A DNA stretch of 64,000 nt from Octopus vulgaris (lineage: Eukaryota), in contig OX597827.1 in NCBI GenBank assembly GCA_951406725.2, positions 52,638,001-52,702,000 of the forward strand. The letters run 5' to 3'. The position numbers and the translations under genes were made by a program. Below, in pieces: positions 13,471 to 26,845 of this stretch; position 1 is the stretch's first letter; each line of letters starts with the position of its first letter. A model generated the notes under the pieces. That model ran no database searches. It was not told the origin of the DNA and saw nothing but the letters and a program-made list of their open reading frames with translations.

Positions 13471-15439
13471 AAAATAGATTGTCTGGTTGATTTTGATGCA
13501 TGAGGTTCTAACAGCATTTTTTTTCTTTTGTTTTAGCTCTGATGTGAATGTTTCTCATGAGACATTAATCCCACTAATGATTTACAAATAAATCGATAGA
13601 TTGGACATAAGAAAGGATTGTTATACAAAGCATTTGACATATTAGTTCAAGACTTTGTCTTTGCTCATATATATATATATATATATATATAAGGGAGAGA
13701 GAACTCTGTTGTTGAATAAGCTAAAATTAATTAAAGGATTAGACAAAGTTTGGTGACAATCCACAAAACTAAAACACTTGATACGTCATGGTAAAATTAC
13801 ACTAGGAAGACGAAGTGAAACATCTCATTGATTTTCATTGAATCTATAGCCATATAATCAAATCTGTTAATCATGTAAAAAGTATTTATTAACTATTTTG
13901 AAACAAACTATAATGTCTGTTACAAAGAACAAAACAAAAATGATCTATTAAAATAAAAAAGATCCATTACAGCCACATGAATAAGTAATAGCCTCTTAGC
14001 TTGTAAGCTGTTAACCTGCATTCCCTAGTTGGTAGTGCACTGCAAGCATTAATTTTCATTGACAAAATTTTGCCATTAAAAAGATAAAAAAAAAAAAGTT
14101 TAATAAAACATTAAGAAAACATGCTTGTTATTAACTTCATTAAGCCAACTAAGAAGATATGTTTTTGTGATTGCTCTTTCCTATTTCACCTGCTAGAAAT
14201 AACTAAATTCATTTTCATCACACTATCTTAAAAAAAATAAAATAAAAAGGGCAGGAAGTTAATCTAGTCTTATTTGGATACACTAAGTCTAGGAAGAAAA
14301 AAGACAGTCATGGCCATCAAGGCAGACCTGGGTTAAAGAAAACAGACTATACTAGCTATGAGTGAGAGAAGGTTCCTTGTTAGACTTTTCCTCTTGTTCT
14401 TTGTAACTAAAATGAAAAAACACTAAAAATGTAATAGTAGTAAAGCACTTGATTCAGCAGTCAACTATTTCCAAAAATCTTTTAATTAATTTTCAAATGA
14501 AAATTATTTGATATCACTGTAATACAATTTTTTTTTGAGTAGCAACTGTTATTTCTGATTCGCTGGAAAAATGGTTAATATTTCCTTCAAACTTTGCTTT
14601 TGTTACGATATTTATTCAAACATGGCTATGATGCTCCCCCACTATGCCAGCTCATGATCAGAGATGCACATATTGTCAGCCACTAAGGGACATGCTCAAG
14701 TGGTTAAGGTCAAGCAAATCTGTGGTTTTGAGCAGAATAGATGGTTCTAGAAAATTCTGCATCAGCAACAGAGCACTGAATCTGCCTGAAATATAATGGG
14801 AAATATGTCAGTTTCAAAAACATTGTCCAGGTCACAAGAGCAATGTTTTAATGGAATAGTAGTAATTTCCTTTGATTTCTAGATATAATCAAATAGGAAA
14901 TAACAGTTATTAGCCAAAGAAAAAATAAATAAATAAATAAATTTTTATATTGTCCAAAAATTTTTATCAACTAAACTTACAGTAGCTATCTATTTTGCTT
15001 GTTTTTAACTCATATGGGGAGTTTTTGTCTACCAATAAATAACTTGGTTATTAACCAATCAAAGATTTCCACTGTAATATATATGTATATATGAAATTAT
15101 TACTCTATTTCTATTTAGAATGTTGAGCACTCTTCAGTGATATTGTTGAAATGGTTAATACCCAATATGGGCTGCAGTGAAAGATATAATTATCACATTT
15201 TTTCTATTTCTGCTTATGTTTTGTGACAAAAATATGAAACACTAGAGTTTCATAAAAAAAAATGATATTAAGCAGATTGGCAGTAATGAAAGAAGGTGAA
15301 CAGAGGCAGTGCAAGAATTCTTTAAATTTATCTAGAGCATGCAAAGATGTACTTTTGAATGGGATAACAGGATGAAAAGTTACCAGAATTTAGTGAAAAT
15401 TTTTTAGACAACAGCAAAATGTAAGAGTCAATGAAAAAT

Positions 15440-15660
15440 GTTATTAAAAAGTTCAAGATATGCTTGATGAAAATGTAAGCCATAGAAGAGAAATAGGAAG
15501 ATAAAATAGTGAGAGAACAGAATAAGGGTGTTTTAATAAGTTGGCAATCCTATGTTATTACAAGATTCAAGACGTGCTTGATAAAATAAGTCATGGAAGA
15601 GAAATAGAAAAACAAAATAGTGATAGAATAAGAAATGAGTGTTTTAAGTTGGCAGTCCTA
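15440..15660. repeat. About 110-bp tandem duplication
   Basis: TTCAAGA..TGCTTGAT.AAA...GAAGAGAAATAG...AAAATAGTGA.AGAA...GTGTTTTAA..GTTGGCA.TCCTA occurs twice. Confidence 0.8.
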
Positions 15661-16019
15661 AGGGCATAGTGTTAATAAATGGATAGATACCACATCACAT
15701 GACTAGGCATGCAGCACATCATGCCACTAAAACAGCCATTTTCAGTGTAGCAGTAGCAGTAGTAGTAGTAGTGGTAGTAGTAGCATAAGTATTTTTCAAG
15801 AGCAAGTCATTCCAAAATTGACAAAAAGAGAGAAAACAACATCATCAACAAAAAACAAATAGACGAAAAAAAAAAAAAATGAAATAATAATTGAATAATT
15901 TGCTTGTTGTTGTTGATGTTATTTTCTGATTTTCTTTTGCTCTCTAACTTTCAATCACTTTATACAGTGGTTATTAGGTCAAAAATTGCTCCATGGATTG
16001 TTTTTACTTAAATACATAC

Positions 16020-16280
16020 ATTGGCTTCGTAATTGACCACATTCACATTGGTCTCATCAAAGCAGCAGCCATAGGGGAGTGGGCTGTCCAAAACAAGACC
16101 ACTGTCTGTGTGTGACCAGGACAATCCTTCCAAAGAGTCCTGTGACAGACCTATGGACGAATCTTCTATTTCAGTGAAGTTGTGAATTTGTTCCACCCAA
16201 GAATCTCCCATGGCAGGAGGGAAGTCTCGAGCATCATGATAAAACTCTAAGTCATCAGTTTCTTTTTCTTCTTTATCAAA
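16020..16280 (-). CDS. Internal coding exon (261 nt, 87 codons): FDKEEKETDDLEFYHDARDFPPAMGDSW...DSPLPYGCCFDETNVNVVNYEAN
   Basis: Long polypyrimidine tract then CTTCTGTCAG| acceptor; donor AAT|GTATGT. Open throughout, phase 0/0, compatible with the exon at 31248-31431. Confidence 0.8.
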
Positions 16281-19200
16281 CTGACAGAAGAAATTAAAAG
16301 AAAATGGAAAAAAAAAAAATAACAGAAAAAAAATGATAACATAAAATATATTAAGAATGGGTCAAAGAGAAAGAGAGAAAAAGAAAAAAAAAATGTAATG
16401 AAATGACCTGTAAGAGAAAATATACATAAAAAAAAAAAAAAAACATTTGGAGAATTTAATCTTTTGACAGCAAAAAAACTATCAGTATGATGCACAATAT
16501 TCATTTCACGGAGAGTAAACAACAATAAGGGATTTGAGGGAACATAAAAAAAAAAAAGAAATGACTTACTCATATGGCTGAAGTTTTAAAATAGCTTCAA
16601 GATATTTTAAAGTTATATTTTCAAGTCATAGTTTTGTGTTAATTAATTAGTGACTAAATACAGTTCAAATTAAATAAGTAGAATAACAAATTATATGAAA
16701 TATTATTTATAAGTAACTTCATAACAACATAATGAAACTTGTCTAATAAATATTAAGATACAAAACTAGACACAATTAGCGTGTTTATTAGGCCTGTGAG
16801 AGTGTGAATGATTGTGCACATGTAAACGAATGAAGTTATATTTACACATTACATATGCTTTAAATATGTATACTTTGGTATATAATAATTATTTCTTATA
16901 CAGGCAGCAAACCATAAGATTTTTAGAGGTAGCCCAAAATAATAATGCTCATATCATTTACCGATGGTGTTAGCAGAATTAAGTGAAATGGTGTTAAATA
17001 AGAATCAAACTGATATGGGTAATGAAAATTTTTTCATAATTACTTATTTTCTTAATGATGCAAAATAAAATATAATTATGTGGATAAGAAATACAAGCTA
17101 TGTACTCCCCACAAAGGAAGGTGCTACATTTGTTTCAAACTTTATTATTTTAAGTAGTAAATGATAAGATATTCAATATACAGAATGTTAAAAAAGCTAA
17201 CTAGAATTTCTTATGAAGTGAGGGGAAAAAAGCATTATTCAGCAACTGACATGGACCTGAGACAATTCTGGACATGTTTTGGTCATATTCTGGTTACCTC
17301 AGTACTATACTAGCTGAAGTAATGATGAATGAAGCACTAAATAAAGGTACAAGATTGGACATTTATTGGTGTGATAAAATAAAATTGTTTAGAGATTAGA
17401 CCATTTAAGGAAAGTATTTAGGTAAAAAAAAATTGTTAAGCTTGTTATCTTTCATGAGTTTAATTGTTGTCTATAACAACAACAACAACAACAACACAGC
17501 TGTTGTTGCAGTTGTCATCATCACTGTAACCCATGCTGACATGGGTTAGACATATCTACAATACAGAAATTTACCACTTCTCACAATCACATAAACACAC
17601 ACAATTTTTTGGGATATCATGGATTCTGCAAAACAAAAGCATTCCCACCCCGATTAAACCTGTATAGTTTTTCAGAAAATGTATGTAGCATCACATTATT
17701 CAATATGTTCATCTGTTTCCAAGATGATTAATAGGGTGTCATTTGAGATTTGTTAGCTGTTTCTATTAGGCTGAGCAGCTGTGCAAAAGTTCCTTGATAT
17801 AATAATGTGGCAGATTGTCACTAGTCTCACCTCTCTCATAACACACACAAATTCACTATTTAGTCCTTTCTGATGAAACACCATGGATTCTTGAAATCCA
17901 GACATTTACACGAACTGTTCAAAGTATGTTTTATAGCAAGAAACAGCATATTAACACTCACCATTCATTTAAAAAAAAAAATAATACAATTTTTTTCCTA
18001 AACAGGCAGAGAGGAGAAAACAGAATGAAGAAAACAACATGATGACAATTGTAAAGTTTCTGCTACATTGTCTGGCACTTCAGCAAAATATTTTGTGTTC
18101 CCATAATTTCATAGGTAAATTTTAACACAGCAGACCAGAACAATTGATAGGGACTTATTATTTTTCTTATATTTCCAAAAACAGGGTAAAACAAGAAATG
18201 TTCAAAATAGCTGATAGAATGACAGACATAATTAAAATTACAAAGGATCTCTTTGAAGGAATAAATAAAATTTGATGAGATGACAAGTATAAGGAAAGAG
18301 ATAGAGAGGGAGAGAAAGAGAGCCCAAGAAAGATGAAAATATATTTTGCTTACATGGTAGAAGAATTACTGTAATAATGAAAGTAAGAAGATATTTAAGA
18401 CAGAATTATGGAAGAATATGGAGGGGTGGGATTAGAGAGAAAGAGAATAAGGATAACAAAATGAACCTGATTATGCAAGCAAACTGCAAAAGACACAAAA
18501 CCATTCATAGACAGAAGTTATATAAACAGGAACAAGTATGTGAACACATTTTTGGGGGTAGGGTGGGAGAAAGGTGGTAATGGCACAAGTGTTCACCTTA
18601 CAAAATGATCACCAAAATGAATTAGGATAAATTAGATTTTCTCAACAGAAAGCTTTAGAGAAGGAAGGATATTGTGGACAACACCTATAAATATTGTTTT
18701 ATCCCACAACTACACTGCTACAGAATCTGAAATTACAGTTACTGTAAACATGGCTTCATAGTTTGTTTAAGCATACTATTCATTGAGGAAGCATTCATGT
18801 ATGCATATGCATGCACACGCGCATGCACATGAACACACACACAAAACACTTGTTGCTTATATGGATGGTTAATATATTTAGATGTTTCAAGTAATGATTT
18901 TGAAGTTCTAAGAAGGAAAGAAAAAATAAGTTGATATTTTATTAGGCTGAAGTGATGAGACAAGAGAGAATAGAAGTAGTACGAGGGAAACTGCAAACAG
19001 GACAAAGAAATAAGAGATGCTGAAACAAATAGGATGGAAAGAAAATAAAAGAAAAAATAATCTCGCTTCTAATTAAGAACAGTCTATATATGAAGGAGTA
19101 GCAACTGGTGGACAAAACTATGCAGTATAGGCAAAGGAATAATATGGGGTGGAAGAGATCTTAAATTATGTTAATGAAGCAGACTTATAAAATTTGGCAG

Positions 19201-20274
19201 GTTACATACATATCCATACCCTCAAAAAATATAACTATTACAGCTATAATTTCTACTTTAACCATCTTTATATATGCTTCATACAAGATGATTTTGTGAA
19301 TTTACAAGAACTGCTTGAACAGATATTCTATTATAGATACTCTTTTTAACACTAACCATTTAAGTAAGAAATTTGGAGTGGTGTCTGCTTTTTCTTCAGC
19401 TTCTTTGACTGAAGCTATGCTGAATGTTGCATCTTGTTGATGGGTTACTTACAAAATGTCTTTATCTGGGTTTAAAACGTTTTACTGAAAATAAGATGTA
19501 TACGTCAGTAAAAGCAAACACTCCTAATTGCTTTTATATACCACCAGAACATTTATAAATAAATGTATTTTTAAAGGCAAATTTATAAATAAGCATCATG
19601 AGATTCATTGTCATAAATAACAAAATCATATATTTTCTCTCAGTGTGTTCGTATCACTACCCTGTTTACATTTAATTTTTCATACTGGCACCAGTTAGAT
19701 AGATTATAGATTTCATTCTCATCTATTTGTCTATCTTTTGCTTCTTATTAAATCACAAAGACTGCATTCAGCAGCAGTAGCAGCCATTATTACCATTGTC
19801 ACAACCATAATTTCTTCTAATCTGTGCCCCATCTTCATGGCTTTTTTCAATCTCATTATTTATGTTCATCTACATCCATCAGTAACTAAACATCAATGGC
19901 ATTTATTGATTTGATTTCCACTGTTTATCGTCTATCTTGGAGCCATTCCCTTTATCATCCATCTTAAAGTACACTTGCCTACTATAACTCTTCTTTACTA
20001 TAGGATCAAACATTTTTATATTCTATATTTTTCATATATAATTTTGGTTATCATATTCTAAATGGTTGTATCTTTTATCTTTAACATGTTTCAATCATTG
20101 GACAGTGGCCATGCTGGGGCATGAATTGACCTCAATAATTAATTTCTTCTTTCAAGCTTGATACTTATCCTACTGGTCTCTTATGTTGAACTGCTAAATT
20201 ACGAGAATGTAAACAAACCATCACCAGTTGTCAAGTAGTGGTAGGGGACAAACTCTCACTCACACACACATACA

Positions 20275-20530
20275 ATGGCATGGCCACACTTGGAATTTGC
20301 ATCACCAGTCTGGAACCCCTAACTTGCTCAGGACACTGACCTCCTCAAAACTGTTCAGAGATGTGCAACCAAGCAAATGACCTTTCATCAGGCATCTACC
20401 ATACTCTGAATGCCTTGCTTCCCTGGGTATAGATACATTGAAGCTCTGACGTCTGGCAACTGACTTGGTAAACACCCACAAAATTATTAACCATCGTACC
20501 AACAATCACCACAAGTACTTTAGTTTTTCA
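20275..20530 (+). mobile_element. CR1-type LINE fragment
   Basis: Translates with stops as PHLEFASPVWNP*..LLKTVQRCATK..LPYSECLASLGIDTLKL*RL. Confidence 0.7.
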
Positions 20531-21264
20531 CACTTGATAATTATGTACATGAGTGGGGTGGGGGTAACTGAGAGGTAATTAACTAACCATGTACAGAATG
20601 GGTTTGTACATAGAGTGAATTATGAGTTGTAAAATCAGTTACTCAACCTGGATACAAGTATAAAATCTTTCCTTACCTCCATGCGTACATGGAGGAGAGA
20701 GAGAGAGAGAGAGGAGGGATTATGATAATGAGTTCAGAATACATGCTCAGTTTTTAATATCATCTAAAAAGAGGAACTAGGCATAAAGAAAATGAAAATT
20801 TGCCCAGGATATTCATACTCCACCCTGTCCCCCTGACCTGCTAATTTGGTGCTTTTGAAAATGAAAAAGATATTTACATTCGTTCTTGTTTTTTGATGAC
20901 TGTTGTTCATACAATTCATGTTTTACAATCAAATTTTATTACTACAGTGGTTAGTTTATCCTAAATGGAAAATGAAACTGAGATGCAGATTTAATTCATT
21001 AAAAACTGTAATTATAATATACCAAACCACACTAAGGATCATGATTCTTTAAAGTGATATGGACAGGACACAATTCTTGCAACAGGAGATAACCACAGAA
21101 TATAGGACATCAGTTTGCTGCATTAGTAATTGAAAAATTTGCAAGGAGTAGGCTGTTCTTCTATTTATTTAGTTCCATATTATATTAATTATATTTCAAG
21201 AAAAAGCAGTCTGACCAAGTATTTTAATTTTCAAAGTTTTGAGATCTGTAACTTGTAACTTGTT

Positions 21265-21460
21265 GGCTAGTTAGCATGCTGGGCAAAATGCTTAGCATTT
21301 CATCCATCTTTATATTTATGAGTTCAGATTCTGCCAAGGTTGACTTTACCTTTCATCCTTTCGGGGTTGATAAAATAAGTACCAGTCGAGAATTAGGATC
21401 GATGTAATTGAGTTATCTTCTACTTGAACTTGCTAGCCTTGTGCCAATTTTAAAACCAAT
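21265..21460 (+). mobile_element. SINE family A
   Basis: Core CCTTTCATCCTTTCGGGGTTGATAAAATAAGTACCAG. Confidence 0.85.
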
Positions 21461-22099
21461 ATAAGATAATGTTTGAAACACACTTAAATGCTAGCTTCTT
21501 GTACAAAACAATGGAGAGATTTTTATGGTTTGGGAACATCTTTTATTTTGATCAAGAGCTAAAAGAATGAAGCTTGAAGGAAATAGATACAACTACCTTT
21601 TTGATATACAGTTACCAAAGATTGGATCTAACAACAATGCAAATGTTTACATTTACTAAACCATTCAATTCATTAGCACAAAGGCATGTGTGTGTGGGTA
21701 TGTGTGACTGATAACAACAACAACAAAAAACATCAGTAAAAATTGACAGTTTTGTGGCTTCTGGTGTTAATTAGAGAGAAGGGAAAGAGAGGAATGGGAG
21801 AGAGAGATTGAGTGGTGAAGGGGAAAAAAAAGCAATGGATATGTGATAAGATTAGATGATGACAGCTGTACAAGGACTTATCATCAAGTAGGGTTGCTTT
21901 ATGGCAGTTAGGAAGTATTATTAGGGCACTGAAAATTAGAAAAGGCACAAGCTATGATAAAAGCGTCTAACTTCAGAATGTTGGCTTAGTTTAAATGTTT
22001 GCAGCTATCTGCACACTGACATCCCATAAATGTTAAAGAATAGATTTAAAGATGAGATGACAAAAGATTTAAAAAAAAATATTTTCATATGGCACAACA

Positions 22100-22610
22100 T
22101 AAAATTAGTATGTGATGGGTAACTAGAAGCTGAATGCCACCCTACTGAACTTCTGAACTTATTCATGCTTAAAGGTTGAAAAGTAAAGACATTATGATGT
22201 GCTTGCACAAGTTTACTCTTGAACAAGAAATTGGCAATGCAACTGAATGCAAAACTATGTTAAAGCTTTGATAAAAAATGGAGCTTTAACAGGACAATGA
22301 GTTTGGATAGCTAGACTTAGAATGGCACAAAGTAACATAAATTTATTATTTAGAATGGAAAAGATGGACTCTTCACTATGTTTGTCATATTCTATAACAA
22401 TAAATAAAGCACAAGGTCAGTCTTTAAGTAAAGCAGAAATATATTTGCTGCAGCAAGTCTTCAGTTACGGACAATTATGTCTCTCTTGGAAGAGCTTCAA
22501 AATCATTAGATATTGGAGCTAATGTTGTGCAGACCAACAAACTAGGGAAACAACAAGACTTATAGATATAACAAAAAAAAAACATTGTATTTGGTTGAAT
22601 TTCTCAGCAA
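22100..22610 (+). mobile_element. Helitron PIF1-like helicase C-terminal remnant
   Basis: SITINKAQGQSLSKAEIYLLQQVFSYGQL matches the Helitron/PIF1 TINKxQGQSL...VFSHGQLY motifs; PTELLN upstream. Confidence 0.8.
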
Positions 22611-24184
22611 AATATTGTAGAGAACAAAGTCTTGAGAAAAATATCAGAATTTTCTAAATTTATATTTGCTGTGTTATGCTTAATATTTATAATATTGTTA
22701 CTAACACTATAACTTCTATATGGTCAGAAAAATCTGACATAATGAAGCAATGTTATCACAATGTATAAATTTACGCATCAAAATACAAGTAAGAAAATTT
22801 ATAAAACATGGAATTTCCACATGTCTCGTTTATTCAATTATTAATTCCTGCCCTCTCCTCAAAATACCAGTTTGGTTTCTGAAACTTTTATCATATTATA
22901 TGCGCATTGTTTAACAACCAGTTATTCCACATTAATGCTGGAAGGATGTCCAAATTCTATATCAGTAGTTATTTTATCACAGTATATGGACAGCAAATCA
23001 ATACTTTTTGTGACTAGAAGATATAATTAAGCAACATATACACTGACAAGCACAAATTCTAGATTTTGGATGCCATGAAACTATTCAAAGGAGAGCAGTA
23101 TGATGCTTAACATTTTGTTGGAAATTTTGATCATAACAAGAACAATGTTAATAAAACCAATTTGAACAACAGCAATTTAAACCAAGTGAAATATGGAAAC
23201 TAAACTGAACTAAGCATTGTAGTTCAACCTAAAAACCTGGAAGGCATTAAAAAGCTGTCAGATATTTACACTAAACAGTTTTAGCAGAGATTTGTAATTA
23301 CTACTGAATCTGAACTTGAGCGATATAATTAATGCTAATTAAAACACGTAGTAAAGCTAACAATTTTTACTACTACTAACTATCCCAACTTTGAGAAAAG
23401 AAGAAAATTTCAAGTTGCTGTGTAACTACAACCTAAATACTGTAACATACTCTGTGTGTGTGTGTGTAGTTCATAAATGAAAAAATTCTGAATTTAACAT
23501 ACCAAATGACAGTTTGACATCAAATTTGATAAATGGGAACAGAACACCATTTGGCAGAGAGGTTATTCATTAAGCTAGTGGAGGTCACTATAGATATATA
23601 TTAGTACCTTGCTGGAATAAGTAGCAAAAACAAATAAACTAGACCATGAATAATATTTGTGTCATTACCAAACTCTCTGTTCATTGATCCAGCATTGTAA
23701 ATGTTATTTAGTGTTCATTCAGAATAATTTAGCAATTGACAGACATTATTATTGACAGGTAAAAAGGTCAATGGATTTTTATATATTTACTTCCATTTAT
23801 AGAATAAAAAAATGACCACTGACAATCAGCACAGAATGGTAATTGATTTACAAACAGCTGTTGCTCAAAGTTAATGGTGTAAGAAATCATATAGGACGAT
23901 TTTGTGTTGACAGACTGTCAAGGCCTATGTTGCTAGCCAGTCAGTAGATACATGGGTTTGTATTTCCTGGTATGAGAAAATGGAGGGCAGTCAACACATT
24001 TTAATAATTAATAAGAATTGTTTCTTACAATTCTCAGGTCAGAAACATGAAATTTTTATGAGAAGGAAACTGTGAACTATAACAGTTTTGATGTACAAAA
24101 GAGCAATTACAATGCAATTTAATAGTTAATACCTTAAAATTTGTGTACTGAAAATGGACTTTATCAGATGTTTTTAGGAACCTG

Positions 24185-24545
24185 TGAAAGAGGTAGACCC
24201 AGAATGATGTGAGATGAGATGGTGAACTATGATCTTTGGATGTTGAGTGTCAAGGAGGTGATGGCAGGTGACTGAAATTTTTGGTGATTTGCTGTGCTTA
24301 GCCAGTGGCACTGCCACATGAAAGGTACCTGTGCTGGTGACATGTAAAAGGTACCCATGTCAGTGACATGTAAAAAACACCCAGTACATTCTGTGAAGTG
24401 GTTGGCATTAGGAAGGGCATCCAGCTGTAGAAACAAAGCAAAAACAGACTGGAGCCTAGTGCAGCACTTTGGCTTACTAGCTCCAGTTAAACCATCTAAC
24501 CCATGTCAGAATGGGAAATGGATGCTAATGATGATGATGATGAAA
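24185..24545 (+). mobile_element. RTE-type LINE 3' end, same family
   Basis: GRPRM..EMVNYDL, then GTGGTTGGCATTAGGAAGGGCATCCAGCTGTAGAAAC and an ATG-repeat tail. Confidence 0.7.
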
Positions 24546-24894
24546 GCAAGAAAATAGTTAAAGCAGAATGGTAGTGAAAATGAAGAAAAGGAAAAATAGA
24601 AGTGGAAATAAGAGAAGCAGGATTACAGATGAAATACATAAAATACAAAAAGAAACAGAGAACCAAATAACACCTAATATAATTCCATTAATATCTAGTA
24701 TGCATTGGAGGAATATAAACTGACTGAGTACTTAAGTGATATCAACCCTGGTGGGATGAGAGAAAGGCTTTGGCAGGATTTAAACTTAGAACATAAAGAA
24801 TTATGAACTAAATGCTGTAAGACAGTGTTCTCCACAGCTAACTATTCTGCTCTTCCACAGCATTAAAATTTTTGAAAAAATATTTGCATATAGA

Positions 24895-25252
24895 GATGGC
24901 TGTGTGGTAAGAAGTTTCCTTCCCAACCACATGGTTCTGGGTTCAACCCCACTGTGTGGCACTTTGAGCAAGTGCCTTGTGAGTAGATTTGCTAGATAGA
25001 AACACAAAGTATGTGTGTGTGTCTTTGTTTGTTTGCTGCTGCCACCACCACCACCACCACCACCACTTGACAACCAGTGCTGGTGTGTTTATGCCTCTAT
25101 GACTTAGTGGTTTGGCAAAAGAGACTGATAGAATAGGTACCAAGCTTAATAAATAAAAAAAAAAGTACTGGGGTTGATTTATTCGGGAAAAAAATTTTTC
25201 AAGGAAGTGCCCCAGCATGGCTGCAGTCTAATGACTGAAACAAGTAAAAGAT
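24895..25252 (+). mobile_element. SINE family B
   Basis: Same head, body and tail, with an internal (CAC)n. Confidence 0.85.
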
Positions 25253-25489
25253 ATACACACACACCTACATCGTTGCAATGAATTAAAACAATTCATCAGA
25301 GAATTTTAAGATCAATGGTATATGTATATAGCATGGTGGTGTGGTCAAGTTTATTTTGCAACAACATATATAGCTGCAAAGCAAATTTCTAAACCAAATA
25401 GATCCATGATACTTTGAGCAATATCTTCTACCATAGCTTTGGCTTGACAGATATCTTGTAAATGAAATTTAACAGATGGAAACATATAT

Positions 25490-25915
25490 ATATATATCCT
25501 GCTTTAACCTCCTACTCTTTGGACTTATGTATCTTAACTACTGTCTGAACCTCTCCTCATCTACATACCAGCACTCCACTCAGATTACCACTGGATATAA
25601 TGACTCTACTTTCACGGATTTCACTGGACTCTTCCATTGATGTAAAATCACTCCAATATACCATGACTTCTGAACTTTTTTTGAACTCTTCAAACTTTTT
25701 GAACTTTCTGATTTTTCATACTCTGTATGTCTAAATTGACAAGTTTTTTTTTATTCTCTCTCTGTTTATTTTTCTCTTATTCCTTTCTGCTGAAGAGTAC
25801 AAGCTCAAAATGTAAAATACTTTCTCACATTCGCAAGCTTCAAACTAATACAACTGTTTGTTGTTTATACACCTGTCTTCATCTTTTGTTTTTCTGTAAA
25901 TTTTAACTATATATA
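25490..25915 (+). mobile_element. Penelope-like pLTR remnant with decayed hammerhead
   Basis: CT-rich body between TA microsatellites; contains CTGAAGAG TACAAG CTC AAAA TGTA at 25790-25814. Confidence 0.4.
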
Positions 25916-26419
25916 TATACGTATATGCTGTGCTCGTGAGCAGATGAGAACTTGTACATTCAAACAGAAATACCATGTGTACTCAATTCTAACTGAATTA
26001 CTTCCCTTCACAACATTTTGTATAAGAAGCCTAATGGAATAAGTACCAGATGAAGAGCTGTTGTGAAAGCAATGCCTTAGTATGGCTGCAGTTTAACGAC
26101 TACAGCCAGTAAAAGAACACACACACACTAATGTCCTAATTCTTTTCTCTTTTTACCTAAATGAATGCATAATGATGAGAATCTTGGAGCAGTGATAGAC
26201 TGAATCATCAGCTTCAATGTTTAAACTCTACTATGTGTGTTCTCCCATTTGTACATCACTTGTGACATGCAGTGACTCAGCTAATCAGAGGAAAAAGGAA
26301 GAAACCCCCACCCAAAATGCACACATGTATATATGTATGAGATTTTTAGAAAGTAAATTAGTATAAAACTTTTACAAACGTATCAAAGCCTCTGAATTAT
26401 TGGGAAAAGGAAGGTAAAT

Positions 26420-26593
26420 ATAGGTGCAGGTGTGGCTGTGTGGTAAGAAGTTTGCTTCGCAACTGCATGGTTCTGGGTTCAGTCCCACCATGTGGCACTT
26501 TGGGCCACCAGAACGTCTACTATATTCTTGAGCTGACCAAAGCCTTGTGAGTGGATTCGGTAGAGGGAAACTGAAAGGAGCCCATCGTATATG

Positions 26594-26628
<35 letters not shown>

Positions 26629-26845
26629 CTGTGTGTGCGTGTGTTTGTCCTCTACCACTGCTTGATAACCAGTGTTGGTGTGTTTACATCTCTAATTTAG
26701 CAGTTTGACAAAAGAGACTGACAGAACAAGTACCAAGCTTTAAAAAAGTAACTACTGGGATTGATTCATTTGCCTAAAAATTCTTCAAGGCAGTGCCCCA
26801 GCATGGCTGTAATCTAATGACTGAAACAAGAAAAAGATAAAAGAT
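26420..26845 (+). mobile_element. SINE family B
   Basis: Same head, body and tail, with internal TA/CA repeats. Confidence 0.85.

Noticed and set aside
17865-17905. CTGATGA...GAAA hammerhead candidate
   Set aside because: No stem II pairing, no palindromic stem III and no UH/stem I.
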